62,826 nucleotides of DNA, filler included, from Perkinsus olseni (GCA_013115125.1; 10 parts of 10 records of this genome joined end to end with filler, not necessarily neighbours in it); one strand, 5' to 3'. Positions 34,122-46,860 are shown, numbered from the whole stretch's first letter. The notes: generated from the sequence alone by a model not told the origin. Translations and numbers: made by a program.

Positions 34122-34604
34122 ATGCGCTTCATCATTCTCGTGTCCCTGGCTGCATCAGCTGCGGCGCAGTCTTCCACAGCCTCTGCAACGACCATCGCAC
34201 AGGCAACTACCGCGGACCCCACCAGCGGAAGTCAAGCGACTGCTGAGATCACGACCACCGTTGCCCAAGCGTCCTCAACTTCCGCCCAAGCAACCACCGC
34301 CGCTCAAGCAAGCTCTCCAGCAGGCACGACGGTATCCACTGCTGTAACCACGATCGCGCCGACCAGTGTTACTGCGGTTTCTACTACGGTCGCATCTTCT
34401 GGTGCCCAGATAACCAGTTCTCCGACAACCACCAGACCGCCCGTGTCGACAACAGCCCAGACGACTACTGCGGCGTCCACCACAAACTTGCGCAGCACTA
34501 CTGCGGCTCCTGACACAACTACTGCCTCCCCGACTTCTTCTGCTTCACGTTGTACAGTGTTCATGAGCTCGATCGCGATAATCGTGGTTCGGCTTGTTTT
34601 GTAG
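34122..34604 (+). CDS. Mucin-like, putative GPI-anchored surface protein 2
   Basis: MRFIILVSLAASAAAQ signal; T/A/S-rich; PTSSA followed by a hydrophobic tail. Confidence 0.8.
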   Translation: MRFIILVSLAASAAAQSSTASATTIAQATTADPTSGSQATAEITTTVAQASSTSAQATTAAQASSPAGTTVSTAVTTIAPTSVTAVSTTVASSGAQITSSPTTTRPPVSTTAQTTTAASTTNLRSTTAAPDTTTASPTSSASRCTVFMSSIAIIVVRLVL

Positions 34605-34808
34605 ATCTTACCGTAACATTGGAAAGCGGAGCTCGATCTTCGATGTTCTTGCTGCGCTCCTACTGCTGCTAACCAGCGTTTTTGAAATACAGCGTGCCTG
34701 GGTGAGTGTTATCACCCGCCGCCGGTGACCCGTGTGCCAAACAACGTTATGTTGTGTTGGAATTTGTGCTTCGGCGGCGTGTTGTTAGCTGATTCTCAGT
34801 GTATCACG

Positions 34809-35240
34809 ATGCGCGTCGCTGCCGTCTTTGCTCTCATCGCCGTGGCCACCTCTCAGTCGACCACTGTGGCCCCTTCAACCAGCGCTACCGAGAGTACTCC
34901 CGCCACTACTACTGCCGCTTCTGCTGCTGCCACTACTGCCTCCGGTACAACTGCCGCCGGAACTAGCCCCGCTGTAACCAGTGCTACGAGCGCGGCTGCT
35001 ACCACAGCTGGTACGACTTCCGCTGGTGCTACTACGACTGTCGGTGTCACGACTACAGCTGCTACCACTACCACTGCCGCAGCTGTTGAAACTACTGCGA
35101 CTGTAATTTCAACTAGCGCAGCGGAGACAACCGCGGCTGTAACGACTGCTGCGGAGACCACTGCTGGGCCAACATCTGACGCTGTGACAGCTGCCGGGAG
35201 TTTGCTCATCATTGCAGCAACTGGTTTTGCTGCGATGTAA
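34809..35240 (+). CDS. Mucin-like, putative GPI-anchored surface protein 3
   Basis: MRVAAVFALIAVATSQ signal; T/A-rich; PTSDA followed by a hydrophobic tail. Confidence 0.8.
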   Translation: MRVAAVFALIAVATSQSTTVAPSTSATESTPATTTAASAAATTASGTTAAGTSPAVTSATSAAATTAGTTSAGATTTVGVTTTAATTTTAAAVETTATVISTSAAETTAAVTTAAETTAGPTSDAVTAAGSLLIIAATGFAAM

Positions 35241-36179
35241 TTCACGATAGTTATGAGTAAAGTATTGCACGGGAAGCTGTATGTTCAGTACGTGAAACAT
35301 CGCGTGATTATGAAGCGTATGAGAACCTTACCGCGTTGTGTTCTTAGTTCTTGAGGGAAGGTCGTTCGCTCGGTTAACTAGGAGGCTTACAAGTAGTTCA
35401 ATGAACTCTTCTAAGTCTTCGAATTGAGCTGAAGACGCCTCATGCAACATCTGACGCTGACGGGAGAGTTGTGAATGTGGTGCGCAACCATGCAAATGTT
35501 TCTCAGCAAACCGTTCAGTACAGCTGCACACCTCAAAGACCTTCGATAATTCGTCTTCTACATTTGTGCTCATTTGTCCTTTGCTGCGGGCGAGCTGGGT
35601 ATGCTAAGACAGATATTGTAGACAAGAGTGTAACCGCATAACGAAAGCGGACATTTGGAGGGTATAGCGGTCGAAAGTTCCGGCACTTCCGATGCTGGTA
35701 TCTCTAGCAGTCATTGATTGCTGGATACATGCAGCAGTCACGAAAGAGTCTCATCATAGACTGGCTGCCAAGGCGGAAGGAAGCAAGTTTGAGACGATCG
35801 GGGTGGTCAGGATGCGACAGACGTACCGCTCGAAGTAGCCCACTTCGCGCTTATATCAGCCCGACCGCTCAATTTTAGACCGCCTAATTTAGACGCGGTC
35901 TCGTAGTGTGTAGTTTTTACCTATAGTCTAGCTCCCAGGGCCCGCCAATGCGAATTTGAGACTGCGCCCTATCGACCACGTGCCAAATACTTGTGGATAG
36001 CGGGACTGAGCGCAAGGTTGAAAGGTTCTTTGCAGTGCTGATTCGCCGAGAGCGTTCGCCTCCGCTACACAAACATATCCGAAACGGTTCAGGGCAGCAA
36101 GGCCACCACATAGCTTGTTGGATGAAAGCTTGAAGGCTATCTCGAAGCCCCGTCCAGGGATTGAACCAGCCTTGTATCA

Positions 36180-36632
36180 ATGCGTATCGTCTGCATCTTC
36201 ACGTTTATTGTGGTCGTGGTTGCACAGTCGACTACTACCGAGCCCGCCAGTACGGCCGCTCCGACTACTACCGAGCCTGCCAGTACGGCCGCTCCGACTA
36301 CTACCGAGCCTGCCAGTACGGCCGCTCCGACTACTACCGAGCCTGCCAGTACGGCCGCTCCGACTACAACAGCTGCTACTGCAACGACTCCCCAGCTGGT
36401 TACCACGACCTCCACAACCTCTACTGCAGCCACTACAGCGCCGCCTGCCGTCAGCACAACTACCACGCCGGCGTCCACAACCCCGGAGACAAGTGTTGCT
36501 GCTACTGTCGTCACCGGCGTCCCCGAGACCACTACTGTCGCCCCGACCACTGCCGAGTCCAGTTCGGATGCCGCCCCTGCGAGCATTGGTTTGATTGCGG
36601 CTACGACTTTACTGCTGAGCATGACTGCTTGA
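36180..36632 (+). CDS. Mucin-like, putative GPI-anchored surface protein 4 with four TTTEPASTAAP repeats
   Basis: MRIVCIFTFIVVVVAQ signal; near-perfect 33-bp tandem repeats at about 36232-36365; SSSDA followed by a hydrophobic tail. Confidence 0.82.
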   Translation: MRIVCIFTFIVVVVAQSTTTEPASTAAPTTTEPASTAAPTTTEPASTAAPTTTEPASTAAPTTTAATATTPQLVTTTSTTSTAATTAPPAVSTTTTPASTTPETSVAATVVTGVPETTTVAPTTAESSSDAAPASIGLIAATTLLLSMTA

Positions 36633-37330
36633 GCTGAGTCTCAGCTGCTGAGAGAGAATACTTTCCATAGAGATTATCGTTCATGCATGTATGAAGCGTC
36701 CGTGTGCCATACTACGGTGAAATGAGCTGGCTTGGCTGTTTAGTCTTAGTCATGGATTACCACAACGCCCCGACTCGTTTGGGTGTCCAGGACACCGACG
36801 GTGTCCTATACCACGGTGTCACACCGCGCCCTACCACTCTTGAATTGATGAAACGAAAACCGAGCACCTCCAAACGCTGCTTAGAGCTCCCGCGGCTGGG
36901 GTGCGGTTGAGGCGGAAGCTTTACTCGCATTCAACGCCCTGACGCCCCCGAGCGAAAGCGATTCGGCGCGAAAATGTCCCTGTTGTCTCTGTTGTCTCTT
37001 CCAGTGCTGGGGACATCGAGCTCAAATGCCTAGTGACCACTCATGCGGAACAGAGTGGTGACGTTGATTTGAGAGAGCTGTTCCGCGAGGTCGGTTTGCA
37101 ATATAACACTGAGGATACGTTTTTGCATTATTGACGCACACAGCCATGATAGGTTTGCCCGTAGGGGATGAGAGTCACCGTGATATACTATTGGCCAGGG
37201 CCGAGGAGTTTCAGCCAGATCTCCCGCTGCGCACCAGCTACCGGAGACGTGTAGCACGAGGAGTCCGCGACCTAAGGCGAGACTTTTGCCGCCCATTTTC
37301 TCAGACTTTTAATTTTTCCGAGTGTAGCTG

Positions 37331-37804
37331 TCAATGTCGGCTGCAAGGCTCTTCTTCTAGTACTTCCATTGGCTCCAGGTGTTCCACAATAGCCTTCAGA
37401 AGAAGATAAAAGGCCTTAAGGCGCTCTAAATCTGGCACGATCTTGTAAAGAATCTCTACTAAAGATGGTAGGACACAACCCCAGCCACCCTCTCCCGTGC
37501 AGCTGCAAGGTAGGGACACGAGTCCTGTCCCCGCCACCGCCACTACTTGCAGTCCGACTGCAGCAGTCGTGTCACACGGCTGCAAGTAGTGGCCGTAGTC
37601 ACCAACCGGTACTCCACAGCCACACTTCGGAGAGGGTGCTAAACCACATCGGAAACGGCGCACAGGAAGTTTCTGGAATTTGCGGAAAACGGTGTGTGTG
37701 CACTGCACACTGTGCAGCTTCGGATACTCCAGGGGCCTATTCAAGTGCCCCTCTTCCCGAGTCCGAGGAGTCGGAAGGGCGTCCCTTCCGAACTCGGGAT
37801 AGAA
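37331..37804 (-). mobile_element. Degenerate 3' end of a non-LTR retrotransposon ORF2
   Basis: C-terminal zinc motif SPKCGCGVPVGDYGHYLQPC (C-x-C-x8-H-x4-C), as found at the end of R1/I-type ORF2. Confidence 0.55.
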
Positions 37805-37926
37805 NNNNNNNNNNNNNNNNNNNNNNNNNNNNNNNNNNNNNNNNNNNNTTAATTAATTAANNNNNNNNNNNNNNNNNNNNNNNNNNNNNNNNNNNNNNNN
37901 NNNNAGTACATGGTGCGTTTTTTCTC

Positions 37927-38415
37927 TTGGCAAGGGAACCGGAGCGAGACCTTCAATTTCTGGTAGGGATGCTGCGTATCTTAGCCCTCCAAAGGGCTGT
38001 GCTTAGTATGGATTCTCTACTTCTTTCCAGGTCTCGTGATGGTACCTCGCGCTCTTACGGTGACGAGGAGATATCTGTATTCAAGCCGGTATTCGACAGT
38101 AACTCGGAAGTGGTTGATCGGACGTATGGAAGAATCGTTGGGCTGCCAGAGGACATCCAGAAGTACTTCGCCAAGGTTAATCCTTTTGCCCATCTGGTCG
38201 AGGACATCACAAGCAAGTTTGGCCGCCCTCTGATGAAAGGACAGTGCGACGATCTGTTCGCCTTCATTGAGGACCATCCCCCAGAGGGATACACTGCTGG
38301 GAGCGGCTGGATTCGTGAGTTTTTTTATGCTAATGTTGACAAGTTCCTTGAAGAAGCTAGCCGTCTGAGGAGTGAGGTTCATAAAGATTACGGCAACCCG
38401 GCTTACCTGAAGTGA
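37927..38415 (+). CDS. Hypothetical protein (probably 5'-partial)
   Basis: 162-aa ORF with globular-protein-like composition; no recognisable motif. Confidence 0.35.
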   Translation: MAREPERDLQFLVGMLRILALQRAVLSMDSLLLSRSRDGTSRSYGDEEISVFKPVFDSNSEVVDRTYGRIVGLPEDIQKYFAKVNPFAHLVEDITSKFGRPLMKGQCDDLFAFIEDHPPEGYTAGSGWIREFFYANVDKFLEEASRLRSEVHKDYGNPAYLK

Positions 38416-39199
38416 TTCATAAAAGTTCTATGATAAAACCTCAATAGTTGAAGAACTTCCACCATGTTAGCTGTGATGTTCATGTCTATCGAGCGTGCTG
38501 TCGTGTTAAGTATGGTGAATGTTACATTTCCCAACCCTCGCGACCTCCACCGGTGATGAACTATCGTCAAGGTGTTGCGATAATAGGAGCAAGCATGGAA
38601 TCCACGCAGTTTTTGGTCCATATTTGATGCTAGAACCGGATCAATAGCTTTCTGTTTTCCAGTGGGCTGAAGTCTGGGGGTAGACAAATGTGCGGTGCTG
38701 CTGCTACCATTACAGTATAGCCTGTCTTCTGCTTGTCCCTCTCTGATGCCTGTTGCCATAGCGACTGTACGACGAGATGCCTCTTTTCATTTGTTAAGAT
38801 GCTCTACTTTTCACCAATGCTTCATTCTTGGAGACCAGTCGTGTGCTGTGGTTAACAGATACGGTTCTGCGGTGGCGAGTCGGGAAGACGATAGCATGTT
38901 CTCTATTCAAGCGGAACGTGGACTCGGAACCAATCGCCTGTTACACCCTGGTCACCCCAACGCGCTGAGTAACCATCGGCAACTCCGTTGGCAATAATGA
39001 GGAATCAATCTACCGCAGTGATTGGATCGTGGTCGTTCTGTCTCACAACATCTACTCCGATACGCTCCAGTGTGGAGCATCCATCATGTACCGTAATCGA
39101 TGTCATTCATCCTAGTTAACTCATAATTGGTCAATTAGAGCCATCATAACCCGGCGAGGGTATCTAAGTAACATCCAAGTCCATCATCATGAACTTTCT

Positions 39200-42100
39200 T
39201 GCACTCTGACGGACAAGAGTTCCGAGTTATTTCGATTCCGTCGACAAAAGTGGGGTTAGGCTCGCATCGTATGTCAAGGCACTCTTCGGACACACTGCGG
39301 AAAGTTCTGCAAAAGAAAACCGCAGAAGGTAGTCCCACCCAGGCTCACAGATTTCCTCTAGGCTCGAAAGTCACCGACGATAGGATACGAACCGCTCAAC
39401 AGACTTCAATCGTCGAACGTCGTGATTGTGTCAGGCGGTTGTGGCTACTGTGTGTTCTCAGAGGCATCTGTTCTAGATTTTGGGGTGGTAGGTTTTCTGA
39501 AGTCTAGCATTCAGTTCACCATCGCGGCCGGTCAGATTCGTGCACACTCAGAAACCTCTCTGAAAGTGAAAATTCACAATCCGACCGCTAGGCGAGTTCT
39601 GGTAGGGGCTCCCCTCGACCGCGATTCGAACGCGACATTATGCAATGATAGATAAGAGTCCTCGGGGATGAAGGGAGTTCTGACTCGGTGGCAGTGGAGA
39701 GGGACGCCGAGTACTTCCGGAGGCTGGGAGTGCGAACTGACGCTGATGTAGCGGCTGCGGCCGATGTTTGCAAGATGAGTTCGAGTCAGATTGAAGCACT
39801 CGAGGGAGATGAGCTTGACGCGTATGCCAACTCGGAAGCAGCGGAAGAGATCGATTTTACGCACCTTGCCAAGGAGGACCCGCTCGTCGCTCCAACATGT
39901 AGCCCTTCTCCTTCGGTCGACCAACCGTAAATGCTCTGCCCTGTCAGTTGAGTCTTGTGCTCTCTGCAAGTGCACTGCTGTTGCCTCCGGTTCGGTTCAA
40001 GCCCGTTGCTCTATCAATATCACTCCCGAAGTGGCGCTTGTTGTCCCTGGCGCAACGGTACACCTGCGAGCTTTCCCTCGAGGACCCCTTGTTGCCTGTC
40101 TCAGCTACTTGCCAAAGTACACCTGAAGGCCGGCCATAAGGATGAAAGGTCAGCCTTGTGGGTGTCCACCTGTTCTTCGATAGTCACGGTCGTCCAGAAC
40201 TCAGCAATTCTTGCACCTCCGCCCGTTCGGCTGGTGGCAGCAAAAGACCGGCTATGAAACGCTCGTCCGATCGATAGAAATCCAGGCTGAGGTACCTCTC
40301 CACCATAACTATCACAAGAGCGCTAGGATACGAGTCAGATTCAACTGCCTAGAATTCTCCTCTCGACGACAAATCTGAACTGGGACAAGGCGTACGCCGG
40401 CATCGAGTCGGAGCCTCACTCGATCGTGAGGGGGTGCCGTGGACCTCAGCCCCCCACAGCACTCAGGTGCTCCAAAATCCCACCGACCTCCCAACTTCCT
40501 TCGAGTGGATGCAAGGCGAGGAGGATGGTAAGACCCATGGTGGGTCCGTAGGTCGCAAGCCAGCAGCTCCCGCAGATAACAAGTTGATGACCATCGAGTT
40601 CGAGCCCCGGAGCGCTGTACTTCCGGGCCGTCAAACAGTCTCTATAAACGGTGTGAAGCATCACCCTCTGCGTCGGTCAACGGCATCCCGTACTCAGTCA
40701 CAATAGTCGCGGCAGAGTCCCTGTTCGAGCCTTCAAACATCCACAAGCCAGCCGTGAGCCACTCGTCGCCAGATGGGAGTCATGCAGTTCCCTCAGGCAC
40801 GAAGACATGACTCAGCTCCAATCCCGATCCACGGCTCAGCGATGCTCAAATGCCCGGACGCCATCGATCAGCCGGTGGGCCTCACCACCCCTCGGCTATA
40901 AGCGTGCACCTTTCTCAGAGGCTTGTCGTCTCCGCTACGGCATTCGGGCCTTCAATTGAACTAGCTGTCCTTGACCCTTCTGGAAATGACGGAGAAACTG
41001 GAGGTTACCGGCGAGGGTCCTACCGCGGCCAAACCCTCTCTGTTACAGTCGATGGTGGAGAGGACGACGTGGCGCTGAACTTCGCTCCGCTGGAGATAAT
41101 GAAGGACAGCACGCTGAAGTTACTCCTCACCAATACGAGTGCAATCCCTATGCAACTCGAAGTAGCATGTCCTCGCCTGCGTCCGCTTAAAAATTTCCTG
41201 CTAGGCTTGGATGCTGGAGTATCGTCCGCCGCCGTCGCCGCCGCAAACGCTCCCGGTAGGACCGGTAGCATCCTGATTCTGCTACTGTTGCGAAACTAGG
41301 AAAACGATCCGGAGCGGGGTCAAGAAGTCACGGAGCGGACCGCACGCGGCGGGCAGATGCTTCTCGACGATGCGCATGAGCGAGTACGACTTTCGTGGCT
41401 TAGGCAGAATGAGAGCGTGGGTGTGGTATCAGATCAAATTCAGAGGCTCGACACCGTCAGTGAGGGCGCCTGTGTCACCAACGGAACACATTAATGGTAT
41501 ATACTCTATCATTCTGAACCCGTCATCATCTCGGCTGGAACCATTCGCTACTACTCAGCTCGAGGTAGCGTGCCGGTTTGGGTGCAGCCCTTCACTGCCC
41601 CTTCTCAGTGCACCATCAACAGCACCGCTGCATTCGAGATGGTTGACAAGCTCTGCATACGCCTCGACAAGATGGCCGAGTAGGCCTACCATCAATGGTG
41701 TTTATCATAGCCGACTTTCGAGGTACCGAGTACCGGTCACTTGCCGTTTCTTTGGTTGCCCTCTCCAAATTCCATCGAAGCAAGTGGCTGTGGACGACGA
41801 AGCTTCGCCAAAGATGCTCAGCATGGCTCAGCTTGCTTTCAAACAGGGTCAGGTCTTCCCTCGCTGCTGCTGAGTATGAACCACCTACTACGCTCAGGCG
41901 CATCGACGCGTCATCTAGTCGTGGCCAACTGCTCCAACTGTGCTGTGGAGCTAGAGTGGGAGGTCTATACCAACGACGCGGTAGAAAGGCACGTCGGTCG
42001 CCATACCATCATTCCTGTGGACAAAGGTAGCCGAGCATCAGCCTCAGCTACCCCATCCCAACATGCTAGGACACACGATTGAGCCCTCGAGGTCAGTGGA

Positions 42101-43300
42101 CCCGTCCGGGAATGGCTATGATAGTGAGGGCTCGTGCAGCTCGGTCGGTGTTGGTATCCGGTGTCCCAGACGCCCTCCCCGTGGTCGTGAGCCCCTCAAA
42201 GGCCCTGTTACCCGGTCGCGGGTCAGTAAAGTTCACCATCACAATGCGAGGGGACCGTATGGGTATTCAGAAGTGGGAAGCATGTGCCTGACTCATGCGC
42301 GTTGTTATACGGCGCGAAATGCCAGGTACAGACTGGTGGGAAGTGGAAGCTACNNNNNNNNNNNNNNNNNNNNNNNNNNNNNNNNNNNNNNNNNNNNNNN
42401 NNNNNNNNNNNNNNNNNNNNNNNNNNNNNNNNNNNNNNNNNNNNNNAGCTATCATATTGAGTCAACGGAGTCAATACGGGAGAGGGAGGAGTCATCTCGC
42501 CTCAGGCGGTGCATGAAGACTCTAGTTGGTATAACAGCTGAGGAAGAGGCAGGCAAAGGGCATCTGATAGCGTTGTGGCAGATGATGGCCCGTCCCAGGT
42601 GCGGCAGCTGGGGGCTGACCCTCAAGCAGCTCAGACTAGCAAACGGTCGCCTAGCTCGAAGGAGGACAGCGAAAGTGAAGCGGTGAAGTGGTCAAAGGCC
42701 GCGGCATTCGTGAGCGGGACAAAAGCTGGTGAGGCAGGCGATGTGAGATGGGGTCCCTTTGGGCTCCATTCTAGGCACGGTTGCTGTTGTTGTCTGTGGG
42801 GAAGTGATAGCCCCGGCTCTAGAAGTTGACAAGAAGGCCGATAAGGACGGCAAGAGACGCTTCCAGTTCTTCCATCATCCGCATATTGCGTCGGAGGAGG
42901 AGCAGCCATGGGGGATAATTCCGAGCCCGAGGGCGTGCGTGAAGGCCTATTCGAGCGTGCGTATTGCTTCCCCTCAGAAACCGCTTCTACAACCGCATCT
43001 ACAGACGATCAGTTTGCTACACAAACACATCGAAAACTCCCATTATATGTCGCTTTCGGTGTTTCACGGAGACTGGCCCGTCCAAAGCCGAGCATTTCAG
43101 GATTCGAATGATCGATGTAACTCCAATCTGGGCTCGCCTGTTGTCTCCTGCGCCACTCTAGGTTCGACGCATCCGCCCCAGACGGTTCGAGGGAGATGCT
43201 GATGCAGGCCGAGAGTTCTACAAGATTTGGCCCCAAGAGAGCGCTGTTGTTAGCGTCGTATTCGTACGGCTAATCCGCGCGGGTGGATTCATTTGCATCA
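39200..43300 (+). CDS. Multi-exon ciliary Ig/ASH-domain protein, DLEC1(CFAP81)-like; boundaries approximate
   Basis: Exon peptides LDFGVVG...KVKIHNPTARRV, ALNFAPLEIMKDSTLKLLLTNTSAIP, ILNPSSSRLEPFATTQLE, VPVTCRFFGCPL and VVANCSNCAVELEWEVY resemble DLEC1/HYDIN-type ASH domains. Recognised from memory of the family, not by search. Confidence 0.5.
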
Positions 43301-43997
43301 ACTACAGTAGGTCCCGCCCGAGCTCGAGGACCTCCACCTGCACGCGGAACGCTCTGAGTTAGATGAGGCGATTGAGGAGAGGATGGACCACTGGAGACCG
43401 GCCGTGGGCGTACTCGGTGAGACCTCGACCACAAGGCGGAGGTTCGAGTACATAGGTATCTATTTTTAGGCTGTCTCGTTGTGGACTACCCCCAAGATGT
43501 AGGGTGCTTGGTCGTCGTTCAGCTCGTGTTCAGGCCTCAACCTCAGGGAGAGGTCACAGGCCGTTGTAACCAGGAGCGCGTCGAGTTGATCGCCACCTGT
43601 ACGTTGCCTGACCTGAACGTCATCGTTCGTGAAGAGGTTCACAATGAGCCCCCGCTCGTCATCTCTCCGCAGGTCAGCTTCTCATGCTGGATAATGGGGC
43701 ATTCAAACAGTGTTCGCTCAGGTGTATGTATCGCCTTTCGAGAACAAATCTGTCGTGGTGGACTTCGGAATTAGGAACGTACACAGTATCGTTGAAAACG
43801 TTCGAGAGCTGGTAGCCCGGAGTGGGCCAAATGTGGTTGTAACCGTACAGCTCGCCGCCGTAGGTCTTGTCAGCGCGGAGTTTCGTCCCTTGTGTATGGA
43901 AGCTGCGCTATGTAGGCTCAGAAGGGATTAAGCAGGAGCTGAAAGGCAAAACCAGATTAACGATGGCCGAGGCAGAAACCTTGAGGTAGTTACATGA

Positions 43998-44069
43998 TGC
44001 ACCGTCCGGGAATTGAACCCGGACCATCTGCTTGGAAGGCAGATATCCTAACCATTAGACCAACGGTGC
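43998..44069 (-). tRNA. tRNA-Gly(TCC)
   Basis: GCACCGTTGGTCTAATGGTTAGGATATCTGCCTTCCAAGCAGATGGTCCGGGTTCAATTCCCGGACGGTGCA folds into a perfect cloverleaf with anticodon TCC. Confidence 0.97.
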
Positions 44070-44325
44070 NNNNNNNNNNNNNNNNNNNNNNNNNNNNNNN
44101 NNNNNNNNNNNNNTTAATTAATTAANNNNNNNNNNNNNNNNNNNNNNNNNNNNNNNNNNNNNNNNNNNNACGGTTTCAGTGCAAGATACGTCGGCGCGAT
44201 CGCCATGGTCACTCACAGCAAATATCTGTCGCTTTGGTCATGCGAATGACACACTCCCGGGGAGCAGATATACAAGAAGTTAATTAGCAAAATGAGTATA
44301 TGAAAATATCACATATCAAGCAATC

Positions 44326-46860
44326 TTAGTCATCATCATCATTTAAATCCTCACCTTCTTCGTACTTGATGATGCGATTCTTGATGGACCGGGTGATACG
44401 GAGGGGGGACTTGTAGTGAATGTCGACGTCGCATATATACTTCTGGTCGATATAGTCGGTCAGAACTTCAACAGAGCCGTCGACATGCACCGATCTCAAG
44501 GCCATCTTCTTCAAGTCGGAGTCGTACTGACCGAACGCTCGATGTTCGCCTCCCTGGCTGTCGATCCACCGGAAGCAGTAGAAATCACCGTCCTCCATAT
44601 CCATTGTTGAGTCGTCTGGGCGAGTGGGAGTAGGAGACTGCTCAGTGACCGCATCATTGGCATGATACTGCTTGAGGTTGAAGCAGCACTCTTGGAACTT
44701 GAGCTGCGCACCAGTCTTGACATCCTGTAGACGGTATAGCAGGTGGTCATTGGATACGGCGACGACTCTGTATGGGCCCTTCCAGGAGACATCCTGCTTG
44801 AGGGGAGGAGGCACGAGACGTAGCACTAGTGATCCAACATCGAAGTGCTTGTAGCCGGACTGGCGGGGTAGCTTGGACGCTCTTGCTCGAGCCCTGTCCT
44901 TCGCTTCCTTGACCAGCGAGAAGAAGTCGAGAAGGCTCTTGGTACGACGCTCTTGTAGGTCGTCGTAGATGCTCTTTAGCTCATCGGGCATGGAAGGTGG
45001 CTGACCCTCCATGATGCTTGGTATCCAGCTCTCAAGCCTTGCTCGAGACCAATCCTCGAGATCCTCCGCGGGGGCAAGTAGTCGTGGTCGACGACAGTAG
45101 AAGAGTTGGAAAGCTGACAGCGTACCCAAGTCATGGCGGGGTGAACAGTTGATGGCATAGACAGCTTCCGAGATGGTCTCAGGCAGGGGGCGGGGCTGAT
45201 CCTCTTCTTGTAGTAACCGGTGGCGGAGCTGACTGAGTAGAACCCCATGTCCTCTCTCGTAGACGGCGGCGATGAACTTGGATTGCCGGGGGAATACTGT
45301 GAAGGCAATAGATCTCGTCACGCAGTATCCCTCGACGGCACGGCTTGTCATGGCCGACCCAGCGTCGACAGTGACGCAGGCGGGATCGCCTACGATGGAG
45401 AACAACTTGGTGAGAGATGAACATATGGAGGCTGCTGTAGGTGAAGTAGTGATGTCATGGAGTAGGAACCCTGATACCGGATCGGTGCAAGTTAGAACCC
45501 ATACCTTCTCATGAGAGACTGGGCAGCGGTACGGACCAGCATGATCGAGGCACCAAACTTGACCGATGTCGAAGCAGAGATGAGCTGGGCGTACGCAGCC
45601 AGCTCGCTTCTTGTAGCCAGATTGCTTCTTCGCTAATTGGCAGACATGACAAGTCTTCAGGAGACGAAGTAGAGCCACACGCAGTTTTGGGGTGTAGAAT
45701 GCCTCGTTGTAGAGTGACCTCAACTTGGGAGTGTTGTCATGGCCGAGCTTGTCGTGAAGAAGGTTCAGCACCTCATCACATCCTTCTCCCCGCGGCAGCA
45801 CTGGTCGGCATGCGACAGCGCCATTGCTGTCGCTCACACCAGTGTACAGAAGTAGCCCAGTATCAGGGCAGAGATGATACAGCCTTAGGTTGTGGGCGAC
45901 TTCAGTCGATGGTGTTGACTTGAGAGTGTCGATGATGGCCTTGGTACGGTCGTCATTCTGCTGGAACTGCACTAACTGGTCGTTGTTGAAGTGCTGAGCC
46001 ACGGAGACTGTATCGTAAAAGAGGACGTCGGAACCAGGAGATGCCCTTGGCGTGTGGACATGGGAGAGATTCTTGACATGGGCAGTGTTGACGCCACTCT
46101 CGATAACCGAGTCATCGAGAAGACTGGGTAGATGGCCGTCAATCCTGGGCCTGGAGCCGACGTCGGCAGGATTGGAGTCTCCCTCGATGTGGTAGGTGGT
46201 GACCGGTAGTTGTAGTGTGCTCGTGATGAAGTCAAGATCGGCCAGCCCTTTCTTCAGTGTCTTCTTCTCCAGGTTGGAGAGGGTCTTCCCGAAGTCACCT
46301 TTAGATGCTCGACGGAGACGGTAGAGTAATGCCTCGGAGTCGCAATACAGAGAGAGACATTTTATGGGGGTCTCGGTGGCGAACTTGGAGTAGAGAGTGA
46401 CGAGGGATGTTACGAGAGAGAGGCCGTCGAAGAAGGATACGAGTTCCTTCTTGGGGATGGACCAACGGGCTTGGCTTGTTCGAGTAGACCAGAGACGCCC
46501 CTTACCGACCAATTTGCGGTAGGCCGTGTTCCCGCCGGTGGTGGTCGGGCAGAGTACAGTTACGTGGCCGGCAGTGACGCTGGCGTCAGTGAAGACCAGT
46601 ACATTGCTGATGTCGACGAACCTAGGATGAGCCAGCTTGGCAGTGGTGAGAGCGCGACAGAAACCGAGAACGCTGGCGGCACCTTCGGGGTCGATGTTAG
46701 TGTCCCAAGGGTCTCGTGATTTCTCAGCACTCTTGTTGTCGTCGACGGCATAGTATGTGGCCATGAACAGTCTCAAGCAGAGAGAGAGCTCCGAGGCCAA
46801 ACCGAGAGGATCATACAGTCCTTGGCACAGGCTGAAGAGTTGACGACGGGTGATGCTCGA
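44326..46860 (-). CDS. Pao-type connection/RNase H - integrase (continuation after a homopolymer frameshift)
   Basis: ITRRQLFSLCQGLYDPLGL, VFTDAS, SIPKKEL, YCDSEALL and NPADVGSR. Integrase H..GH...CHVC, LDHAGPY, VDAG, YERGH and WKGPYRV. Confidence 0.88.
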   Translation of the reverse strand, partial: SSITRRQLFSLCQGLYDPLGLASELSLCLRLFMATYYAVDDNKSAEKSRDPWDTNIDPEGAASVLGFCRALTTAKLAHPRFVDISNVLVFTDASVTAGHVTVLCPTTTGGNTAYRKLVGKGRLWSTRTSQARWSIPKKELVSFFDGLSLVTSLVTLYSKFATETPIKCLSLYCDSEALLYRLRRASKGDFGKTLSNLEKKTLKKGLADLDFITSTLQLPVTTYHIEGDSNPADVGSRPRIDGHLPSLLDDSVIESGVNTAHVKNLSHVHTPRASPGSDVLFYDTVSVAQHFNNDQLVQFQQNDDRTKAIIDTLKSTPSTEVAHNLRLYHLCPDTGLLLYTGVSDSNGAVACRPVLPRGEGCDEVLNLLHDKLGHDNTPKLRSLYNEAFYTPKLRVALLRLLKTCHVCQLAKKQSGYKKRAGCVRPAHLCFDIGQVWCLDHAGPYRCPVSHEKVWVLTCTDPVSGFLLHDITTSPTAASICSSLTKLFSIVGDPACVTVDAGSAMTSRAVEGYCVTRSIAFTVFPRQSKFIAAVYERGHGVLLSQLRHRLLQEEDQPRPLPETISEAVYAINCSPRHDLGTLSAFQLFYCRRPRLLAPAEDLEDWSRARLESWIPSIMEGQPPSMPDELKSIYDDLQERRTKSLLDFFSLVKEAKDRARARASKLPRQSGYKHFDVGSLVLRLVPPPLKQDVSWKGPYRVVAVSNDHLLYRLQDVKTGAQLKFQECCFNLKQYHANDAVTEQSPTPTRPDDSTMDMEDGDFYCFRWIDSQGGEHRAFGQYDSDLKKMALRSVHVDGSVEVLTDYIDQKYICDVDIHYKSPLRITRSIKNRIIKYEEGEDLNDDDD

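Noticed and set aside
33332-36622. Val/Ala-rich antisense ORFs opposite the mucin genes
   Set aside because: They are shadows of Thr/Ala/Ser codon bias and lack independent features.
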